Assembly (NCBI GenBank): GCA_964425325.1
Contig: CAYRLX010000003.1
Location: forward strand, 30,855 to 94,854
Direction of reading: 5' to 3'
Length of the DNA: 64,000 nucleotides
Origin: an uncultured Muribaculaceae bacterium
GTDB taxonomy: Bacteria; Bacillota_I; Bacilli_A; RF39; UBA660
Both the position numbers and the translations under genes were made by a program. This document shows positions 28,115-35,640 of the stretch, piece after piece (within the stretch, counting starts at the first letter, position 1; each line of letters begins with the position of its first letter). Under the pieces are notes generated by a model. That model did no database searches. It saw only the letters and a program-made list of their open reading frames with translations, and had not been told where the DNA came from.

Positions 28115-30268
28115 TTAAAGATCTTCTTTTATTAATTGTTTAGCTTTTGTTTTTTCTGTTCCTGTTATTTCAAAATATATTGCGCGAACAGGAATAGATA
28201 CTTCTTTAATGACAACATATACTCTCTGTCCTCTTTTAATTTTTCTTTTTTCTTTTACATCTGGTATATTAATATCTTCCTCTCGCACTGTTCCACGTAG
28301 GTTATTGGATAATTTTATATCTAAGCCATATGGTTTAAAAGCTATTATTTGGCCGATATATTCATCACCTATGTGCTTCTCACCATACTCAGCCATTTTT
28401 AATTCTAAAGATTCTTGCTCTGCTTTGTCGGCTTCTCTTTCCATGAATGAAGCTTGTAAGCATTGTTCTGATAGCTCTGTTTTGATAGTTTCTAATTCTT
28501 GCTTTTGCAATTTTTGTTTTTCATATTTATCGATTAATCTATGAATTAGTAAATCTGGAAGTCTTCTAATTGGTGATGTAAAGTGGGTATAGTATTCTAA
28601 TCCTAATCCATAGTGTCCAAGTGGTTCTGGTGAATAAAAAGCTTTACTCATACAGGTTAAAATATCTACAGATAATATTTCTTCTACTGGTGTGTTTTTA
28701 TATTTTCTTAGAAAATTATCTAAATCATATGAGGTAAGTGATTTATTTTCTGCTTTTTTTATTAAATAAGCTGCATCACTTCCACATAGTCCTTCTGATA
28801 TTAGTTTTCGAAGTTTAAAAACTAAACTATCTAGATGAGGTTCTTCATGATTTCTACTTATAAATGGCAATTCTAATTCAAAATATGTTTTGGCAACTTG
28901 TTCATTGGCAAGAATCATACAATTTTCAATCAATTTTTCAGCAGCGTGCTGATGAACTTCCTCAAATTTTATATCATTCTCTTCATTTCTAATAACTGTA
29001 TCGCTTGATAAAAATTCTATATTTCCTTCTTCTCTTCTTTTTTTACTTCTGAGTTCTGATAGGTAGTATAGTAAGTATAATTCTTCGGCAAATGATTCAT
29101 AACCATTTGGCATTTTTCCTTCTTCTAATAATTTATTTACATCTTCATAGGTCATTGCTTTTTTAGAGTTGATATAACTATAGTATATTTTTGTTTTTTC
29201 CTCAATAACATTTCCGTCAAGATCTATTACTATTTCAACTGTTTTTGTTAACCTATCTACTCCTTCGTTTAAAGAGCATATTCCATTGGATATTTTGTGA
29301 GGTAGCATAGGAACGACTGAATCACCCATATATAAAGATGTTCCTCTTTGTTTGGCCTCGATGTCTAAAGGACTATTTTCTTCTATGTAATGGCTAACGT
29401 CAGATATATGAACTCTAAGAATGAAATTTCCTTCTTCGTCTATTTTTATGCTGATGGCGTCATCTCTATCTTTAGTATGGGATCCATCTATTGTAAATAT
29501 TTTTTCGTCGGTAAAATCTACTCTACCATCTTTTTCTTCTTCTGTAACTATAGTATTTATATTTTCAAGTTGTTTAATTGCTTCTTTAGAATAATCATAA
29601 TAAAATCCGTGTTTAGCTCCTATAGCTCTATCTTCAATGTCTGGATCATCTTTATGTCCAACTATATATTCTATATTTCCTTCGAAAAGTAATCCTTTTG
29701 GACATTCAGCAACTACTTCTTTTCCTAATGTAACTAGTACAAGATTACCAGCAACTAGGTTTTCTAATTCTTTTTTTGGACAGACTACTCTTATATTACT
29801 TGCTATACTATGAGGTATTAGTGCTTTACCAGTATATTCAAATATAGCTTTACCGCTCTCTCTATTTAAGACTTTAACTACTTTAGCTCCATAATATCCT
29901 GATCTTATTTCTTTATGTTCAGTTGTGAATTCAACGGTGTCTCCATCTAAAGCACCATTCAAGTCTTTAGGATATATTGTATATTTTTCTTCTCTATCTT
30001 TGTTATCAGCATATATTTGTCCATATCCATCTTTGATTATTCTAATTACTCCTTGATTTATTGTTATTTTCTTTTTTTTCTTTTGTGGTGTTGTGTGAAG
30101 GTATCCATCTTCATCACAAAAGATTCTCTTTTCATTTTTTAATTGTTTTAAAGTACTAAAAAAAGCAGCTTTTGCCTTTCCACCTTTAATATGCATTATG
30201 CCACAAAGGTCTAAAGCTTTTAGCTTCTTTTCTTTTACGTTTTTAATTATTTCATTTCTTATAATCAA
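28115..30268 (-). CDS. rnr: Ribonuclease R
   Basis: 717 aa with cold-shock/OB domains, an RNB domain ('IDGSHTKDRDDAIS', 'HYGLGLEYYTHFTSPIRRLPDL') and a C-terminal S1 domain. TTG start preceded by GGGTGG. Confidence 0.93.
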   Translation of the reverse strand: MIIRNEIIKNVKEKKLKALDLCGIMHIKGGKAKAAFFSTLKQLKNEKRIFCDEDGYLHTTPQKKKKKITINQGVIRIIKDGYGQIYADNKDREEKYTIYPKDLNGALDGDTVEFTTEHKEIRSGYYGAKVVKVLNRESGKAIFEYTGKALIPHSIASNIRVVCPKKELENLVAGNLVLVTLGKEVVAECPKGLLFEGNIEYIVGHKDDPDIEDRAIGAKHGFYYDYSKEAIKQLENINTIVTEEEKDGRVDFTDEKIFTIDGSHTKDRDDAISIKIDEEGNFILRVHISDVSHYIEENSPLDIEAKQRGTSLYMGDSVVPMLPHKISNGICSLNEGVDRLTKTVEIVIDLDGNVIEEKTKIYYSYINSKKAMTYEDVNKLLEEGKMPNGYESFAEELYLLYYLSELRSKKRREEGNIEFLSSDTVIRNEENDIKFEEVHQHAAEKLIENCMILANEQVAKTYFELELPFISRNHEEPHLDSLVFKLRKLISEGLCGSDAAYLIKKAENKSLTSYDLDNFLRKYKNTPVEEILSVDILTCMSKAFYSPEPLGHYGLGLEYYTHFTSPIRRLPDLLIHRLIDKYEKQKLQKQELETIKTELSEQCLQASFMEREADKAEQESLELKMAEYGEKHIGDEYIGQIIAFKPYGLDIKLSNNLRGTVREEDINIPDVKEKRKIKRGQRVYVVIKEVSIPVRAIYFEITGTEKTKAKQLIKEDL

Positions 30269-30355
30269 CTAAACCACCCTAATTTGATTATAATCCTTTT
30301 TTTAATTTTATACAATGTTTGTTACACTTAGTTTACATTTTTTTAATATTTTACG

Positions 30356-31069
30356 TTATTTTACTATTATAAAAATAAATCTATCTTTACCTGTAAGGTC
30401 TTTTTCTATACTAAAATCATAGTTTTTTAAATATTTTTCAGCAATTTCTTTGATTTTATTACCTTGGTTCATACCTATTTCAAAAGCTATTATTCCTGGT
30501 TTGTTTATGTGTTTTTTTACATCTTTTAGTATGATTTCGTAATATTCTAGTCCATTGTTGTTTGCATAAAGTGCGATATGTGGTTCATTATTTTTTACAA
30601 TTTCTTCTATTTCTTCATCATAGGCAATATATGGCGGATTACTTATGATAATGTCGTATTTTTTTTCTATTTTTTCTAACATATTACTGTGGATAAAATT
30701 TATTTTCACATTGTTTAGTTTTGCATTTTCTTCAGCTATTTTTAAGGCTTTTTTTGATATATCTAAGGCATCGACAGATGAATTTAAATTCTTCTTTAAT
30801 GTGATGGCAATTGCTCCACTACCTGTACCTATATCTAGTATTTTAAGTGGTTCTTTTAATTCTTTTTTTGCATAATTAATTGTTTTTTCTACTAATGTTT
30901 CTGTTTCAAATCTCGGTATTAAAACGTCTTCATTTACCTTTAATATATTTCCATAAAAGTTTACATTACCAACTATATATTGTACAGGCTTTCCTTCGTT
31001 TAATTTTTTTAGTCCTTCTTCTAGCTTTTCTTTTGGAAGATATTTTTTTAAATATTCTTGGTCAGTCAT
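30356..31069 (-). CDS. prmC: Release factor glutamine N5-methyltransferase
   Basis: 'ILDIGTGSGAIAI' SAM motif and 'IISNPPYI' NPPY motif. Its start overlaps the prfA stop. It is shorter at the N-terminus than typical PrmC. Confidence 0.88.
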   Translation of the reverse strand: MTDQEYLKKYLPKEKLEEGLKKLNEGKPVQYIVGNVNFYGNILKVNEDVLIPRFETETLVEKTINYAKKELKEPLKILDIGTGSGAIAITLKKNLNSSVDALDISKKALKIAEENAKLNNVKINFIHSNMLEKIEKKYDIIISNPPYIAYDEEIEEIVKNNEPHIALYANNNGLEYYEIILKDVKKHINKPGIIAFEIGMNQGNKIKEIAEKYLKNYDFSIEKDLTGKDRFIFIIVK

Positions 31070-32124
31070 TAGCTTTCCCTTAGTTTTCTATTTTGATCTT
31101 CAGTTATTAAAGCATTTATTATGTCGTCTAGGTTTCCTTCCATTACTCTATCTAGATTTTTAGTGGTATATCCTATTCTATGATCTGTTACTCTATTTTG
31201 AGGGTAGTTATATGTTCTAATTTTTTCTGATCTATCTCCTGAACCAATTTTACTTCTTCTAACACTACCTAATTCTTCTTCTTGCTCTCTAATTTTTGCT
31301 TCATATAGTCTACTTCTTAGTATTTGCATAGCTTTTTCTTTATTTTGAACCTGACTTCTTTCATTTTGACATGTTACGACTGTATTGGTTGGAAGGTGGG
31401 TAATTCTAACGGCACTGTCTGTCGTATTTACTGATTGTCCTCCTGCTCCACCACTATGGTATACATCTATTTTTAAATCATTTGGATTTATCTCTAGATC
31501 TACTTCTTCAGCTTCTGGCATTACAAGAACTGTAGCTGTTGAGGTGTGAACTCTACCTTGCGTTTCTGTTACTGGTACTCTTTGAACTCTATGAGCGCCA
31601 CTTTCGTACTTTAGCTTTGAATATACATTTTCTCCTTTAACCATAAATTCTACTAATGGGAATCCACCTGCATCATTGTGTTCTTCAGACAAAACATCTA
31701 TTTTCCAACCTACTTTTTCGGCATATTTTGTATACATTCTATATAGGTCTCCAGCAAAAATATTTGCTTCATCTCCTCCAGCAGCTCCTCTTATTTCTAC
31801 TATAACGTTTTTATCGTCATTTGGATCTTTAGGTAGTAGCATAATTTCTATTTTGCTTTCTAAATCTGTTTTTTCCTCTGTTAGTTTTGTTATTTCTTCT
31901 TTGGCAAACTCTCCTAGTTCTGGATCTTTTGTCATCTCTTTAGCTTCCTCTATGTCTTCGTCTATTTTTTTTAGTCTTTGGTAAGCGTCATATGGTTCTT
32001 TTAAATCTGCGATTTCTTTGTTTAGCTTTAACATTTGTTTTACATCAGAAATAATTTCTGGATTATTTAGTTTTTTTTGTAATTCATTATACTTCTCTTC
32101 GATTGCGATTAATCTTTCTTTCAT
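31069..32124 (-). CDS. prfA: Peptide chain release factor 1
   Basis: '[20 protein letters not shown]' (PxT-type tripeptide context) and the GGQ motif '[20 protein letters not shown]'. AAGGTGA RBS before the ATG at 32124. Confidence 0.95.
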   Translation of the reverse strand: [351 protein letters not shown]

Positions 32125-32183
32125 AAATATCACCTTTTTTTACGTTTTAAATTATACTATATTTTATTCTTATTTACAAATAT

Positions 32184-33212
32184 TTATATTGTTTCTTTGT
32201 ATTTATTATATAGTTTACTATCATATGTAATTATTTCTTCTTTGGCTAGCCTTGTTGTAGCAAAACATACTGGCACTTTTTCTTTATTACATATTTTTTC
32301 AATGTCTTCTATATTATCTACAATTAAATTCCATGTCTTTTTGGGAATCATGTTATTTAAGGCGAATAAATCTGCCCTCTTTTCTATTTTTTCTTCTGAT
32401 TCAATTATTACTTTACTTTTTGCCATGTTGTAATCACTTTTTACATGGCCTAATTCATGATATAGTGCGAAATAGAAAGAAGCTTTATCTTTGTATAGTT
32501 TTGTCATATATATAGCTGGATTATTAATCTTTACTTTTGTACATCCTCTTATTTTGGTACCTTTTAATGCTTCTTCTATAACTAAATATATTCCATATTT
32601 ATTAAATAATTTAATCATTTTATCTTCATCTAGTTTTTCTAATCTTATTTTTTTTAATTCTTCTAATAGTTCTATTAATTTTTCTTTTTTGTATTCATTC
32701 ACTTTTTGATTTTTTATTTTTTTATCGCAATGGGCAAGCCATAGTGATATTTTTATTTCATCTGCATCATTTTTCTTTTTATATAGTATTTTTTTATTGT
32801 ATTTTTTTAATGTATCAAAATCTTTTATGTTTAAATATTCTAGTAAATCAATAGTATTTTGGACTGGTGATGTTATATCTTTAAATGTAACCCAGTTTCT
32901 TTCTTTAAGTTCTTTTATATGATATTTTTTTAAGTAACTTTTTATTTCTTTTTCTGTTTTATATTTGTTTTTTAAATATTTATATATTCTTTTTTCCCGT
33001 TCCATTCCAACTATAGTATTAATGTCAATATCTGTTAATAAACTTATTACCATCATGAGTTCTAAGGAAATATCACACTTGTTGTTAATTATTTCATTTA
33101 TGTGTTTTTGTGTTACTCCTATTCTAGCAGCAAATTCACTTTGCGATATGTTGTTATACTCTAAATATCTTCTTAGTAATGAGCCAAATCCGTATACATT
33201 GTTTTCGTACAT
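32184..33212 (-). CDS. HigA/XRE-type HTH fused to an ImmA/IrrE (COG2856, HExxH) metallopeptidase domain
   Basis: N-terminus 'LLRRYLEYNNISQSEFAARIGVTQKHINEIINNKCDISLELMMVI' (HigA-like HTH), a ~180-aa K-rich linker, then C-terminal 'FYFALYHELGHVKSDY'. GGGGAGGGA RBS before the ATG at 33212. Confidence 0.8.
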   Translation of the reverse strand: MYENNVYGFGSLLRRYLEYNNISQSEFAARIGVTQKHINEIINNKCDISLELMMVISLLTDIDINTIVGMEREKRIYKYLKNKYKTEKEIKSYLKKYHIKELKERNWVTFKDITSPVQNTIDLLEYLNIKDFDTLKKYNKKILYKKKNDADEIKISLWLAHCDKKIKNQKVNEYKKEKLIELLEELKKIRLEKLDEDKMIKLFNKYGIYLVIEEALKGTKIRGCTKVKINNPAIYMTKLYKDKASFYFALYHELGHVKSDYNMAKSKVIIESEEKIEKRADLFALNNMIPKKTWNLIVDNIEDIEKICNKEKVPVCFATTRLAKEEIITYDSKLYNKYKETI

Positions 33213-33213
33213 A

Positions 33214-33540
33214 TTATCCCTCCCCATAATGTTTATCATCTATCTTTATAAATTCTATTTTTTCTATCTCTATTTTTTTATATGGATACTCTCCATATGG
33301 TTTCATATATAATCTTATTTTATTATTAATATGTGCGGTATATATTTCTTTTAAATTGGCATTTTTCTTTTCTATATTGTATAATTTTGACTCTGGTTTA
33401 TTAATTAATTCTTTTAGATTATTTGATTTTTTTATTAGATATTCTATTGCATATATGTTTGAGAGTTCTTTAATTTTATGCTTAGATATTATCTTTTTTT
33501 TAAGGTCTCTTTCATATGCTTTATTTTTTATTATTATGAT
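33214..33540 (-). CDS. RelE/HigB/YoeB-superfamily toxin-like protein (about 108 aa), non-canonical start codon
   Basis: Hand translation of the minus strand gives '(I)IIIKNKAYERDLKKKIISKHKIKELSNIYAIEYLIKKSNNLKELINKPESKLYNIEKKNANLKEIYTAHINNKIRLYMKPYGEYPYKKIEIEKIEFIKIDDKHYGEG*'. There is an in-frame TAA at 33556-33558 and an AAGAGGTGA RBS at 33545-33553. No ATG/GTG/TTG occurs until codon ~83, so the start must be ATT/ATC/ATA at 33535-33543. It is absent from the ORF track. Confidence 0.6.
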   Translation of the reverse strand: MIIIKNKAYERDLKKKIISKHKIKELSNIYAIEYLIKKSNNLKELINKPESKLYNIEKKNANLKEIYTAHINNKIRLYMKPYGEYPYKKIEIEKIEFIKIDDKHYGEG

Positions 33541-33561
33541 AATATCACCTCTTGCTTACAT

Positions 33562-33591
33562 ATTATAACACGTTAGGTTATATTATGTAAA
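33562..33591 (-). promoter_or_regulatory. Sigma-A-type promoter of the toxin / HTH-peptidase operon
   Basis: On the minus strand: TTTACA (33591-33586), 18 nt spacer, then TATAAT (33567-33562), directly upstream of the RBS. Confidence 0.5.
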
Positions 33592-33624
33592 CAATTAATT
33601 ACAAAAAAAGTCATTTTTATGACT

Positions 33625-34590
33625 TTATTGTTTTAAAGTGAAATAACCTGGTGCTTCAACTGTATCTATTCTCGCATATTCTTTATCCATATGGCTTGAA
33701 CTATATGGTGTTCCATTTCCTCCTATTAATTTTGTTAGATACCTAAACATTGTGGTTGAATCCGTGACTTTTGTCGTTATAAACTTATCAGACACTAATA
33801 TTGTTTTGAGTTTTGATTTATTGTCATTTGAACCTTGAAACATATGAAACATGTTAGTTACATTTGAAGTGTCGAATGTACTTAAGTCTAATATTTCGAT
33901 ATTTTGAATACCAGCAAACATACTTCTCATATTAGTAACATTATTAGTGTAGAATTTTTCCCCAAATATTATTTCTTCTAGTTTATTAGGTACGTAGCTA
34001 CTTGTACTTGTATTATAAAAGCAGAACATTGCATACATATCGGTGACTTTACTCGTATCGAAACTACTTAAATCTAAAGATGTTATACTTGTACAATTTA
34101 AAAACATACTTCTCATGCTAAGGACATTTGTAGTGTCATAATTATTATTAAAGTTAATTGTTTCAAGACCTGTAAAATTGGAAAATAAATTTGACGAATT
34201 TGTATTTGCTATTACTCCTTTTTTTGCCCCTATAAATAAATCATATTTAGTATTATCTTCTGCATTTGGTATGACATATGCTTTTACGCCTCCTGCACCA
34301 TCTTCTGATACGTCCCATGCTTCTGATGCGTTACTTGGTACTGTGTTAGTATTTAAAAAAGTTGCACTTACTATTTTTTCTCTATAAAAATCTGTGTGAA
34401 AATCTTCATTTGATGTATCCACCCAAGCTTTTATTATTCTAGATTTATCTTTGATATTTCCTTTGGCATTTAATTTTATTTTTGTCGAAAATACTGCATA
34501 ACCGGTTGTAAATAAAAACATGAATGTTATAAGACTCATTATCACAATATATTTATTTCTTTTTAATTTTATCCCTCTTGGTTTTCTCAT
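33625..34590 (-). CDS. BspA-type leucine-rich repeat (DUF285) surface protein
   Basis: N-terminal basic-TM signal ending 'TTGYAVFST'. Repeats such as 'VLSMRSMFLNCTSITSLDLSSFDTSKVTDMYAMF' and 'VTNMRSMFAGIQNIEILDLSTFDTSNVTNMFHMF' are typical DUF285/BspA LRRs. Confidence 0.85.
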   Translation of the reverse strand: MRKPRGIKLKRNKYIVIMSLITFMFLFTTGYAVFSTKIKLNAKGNIKDKSRIIKAWVDTSNEDFHTDFYREKIVSATFLNTNTVPSNASEAWDVSEDGAGGVKAYVIPNAEDNTKYDLFIGAKKGVIANTNSSNLFSNFTGLETINFNNNYDTTNVLSMRSMFLNCTSITSLDLSSFDTSKVTDMYAMFCFYNTSTSSYVPNKLEEIIFGEKFYTNNVTNMRSMFAGIQNIEILDLSTFDTSNVTNMFHMFQGSNDNKSKLKTILVSDKFITTKVTDSTTMFRYLTKLIGGNGTPYSSSHMDKEYARIDTVEAPGYFTLKQ

Positions 34591-34680
34591 TTTATCACCT
34601 ATTTTACTATCTATTTGAATTATACCAAATATATATTTTTATTTCAATTATACAAAAAAAGCATTACTATTTTGTAATGC

Positions 34681-35139
34681 TTAGTCTAATTCATCTTCAT
34701 CTACTATTGTAAGATCGTCGTCATCTAGGTCATCTACATCATCTAGATCTTCATCATCTATTTCTGTTTCATCATCCATATCGTGATATTCATCTGGTGC
34801 CATATCTGTCATTTCTTCTTCTATTTCTTCTTCAGTTTCTAGAGAATCTTCATCTTCATCGTCTTCTGTATCTTCTAAGTTTATTTGTGTTGAATGATGA
34901 TCTCTTAGGTCCCATGTTCCATCATTTAATAATACAAATGATTTATCCGTTGTTAAGTTTGTATAAAAGTCACTTATTTTATTTTCATATTCTTCATTTG
35001 AAAGTTCTAATAGTTTACATATTTTTTTAAATATTTGTGGTGTGTTTAGACTTTTCTTTTCTTCTTTTAAAATCATTTTAGCAAGTTCTATATACGAGTA
35101 AGATTCTAATTCATCCTTTGGCATTTTATTTAATTTCAT
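34681..35139 (-). CDS. rpoE: DNA-directed RNA polymerase delta subunit
   Basis: N-terminal HARE-HTH-like domain ('SYIELAKMILKEEKKSLNTPQIFKKICKLL...FYTNLTTDKSFVLLNDGTWDLRDHH') followed by a poly-D/E tail. Confidence 0.9.
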   Translation of the reverse strand: MKLNKMPKDELESYSYIELAKMILKEEKKSLNTPQIFKKICKLLELSNEEYENKISDFYTNLTTDKSFVLLNDGTWDLRDHHSTQINLEDTEDDEDEDSLETEEEIEEEMTDMAPDEYHDMDDETEIDDEDLDDVDDLDDDDLTIVDEDELD

Positions 35140-35183
35140 AATTTCACTCCTTAATAATCCTAGAACATTGTATCATATTTTTT

Positions 35184-35543
35184 CTAGCTGTCAATACTAT
35201 ATTCACAATTATATGTAAATGTGTCAATATATTCATCATTTATTATTAAATCATATGTGATTATTATTTTATTTTTTTCTTTTATTATGTCTTTTGCATA
35301 TGAATATATGTCAATACTTCCATATTTAGTAATGTAACTTCCTTTTAATTTTATACCTTTTTTTAAATTTAATATTATTTCATATTCATCTTTTCTTTGT
35401 ATTGTTATAATGTCATCTATTTTTATTTTTGTGATTTTATTTTTATCTTTATATGTTATCGTATTATTATTTTTAATTGCTTTTCCTTCAAAAGAATGTA
35501 TTCCTTCTTTATTTTTTAGTGTCGTTTTTATATTTACTTTCAT
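35184..35543 (-). CDS. DUF1934 (YwiB-like) beta-barrel protein
   Basis: 119 aa. The size, the alternating beta-strand pattern and the position next to rpoE fit YwiB-like proteins. Confidence 0.5.
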   Translation of the reverse strand: MKVNIKTTLKNKEGIHSFEGKAIKNNNTITYKDKNKITKIKIDDIITIQRKDEYEIILNLKKGIKLKGSYITKYGSIDIYSYAKDIIKEKNKIIITYDLIINDEYIDTFTYNCEYSIDS

Positions 35544-35640
35544 TGTCTCACTTCCGGTAAAAATTATATCATATTTTTTATTTTTACTTATATTTTTTTA
35601 TTTTTTTCTAATAATAATTTTTAGAAAGGAAGTAGATTCT

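Noticed and set aside
34681-34860. Repetitive GAT/GAA-rich tract that looks like a tandem repeat
   Set aside because: It encodes the poly-Asp/Glu C-terminal tail that is a normal feature of the RNA polymerase delta subunit. It is not an independent repeat element.
35410-35640. N-terminal extension of the PBP1A ORF (ORF-track start 35410)
   Set aside because: The extension overlaps the DUF1934 gene on the opposite strand and the intergenic promoter region. A proper start ('MKKSKKGLKVF', basic stretch plus TM) with an RBS-like AGGAAG is at 35641.
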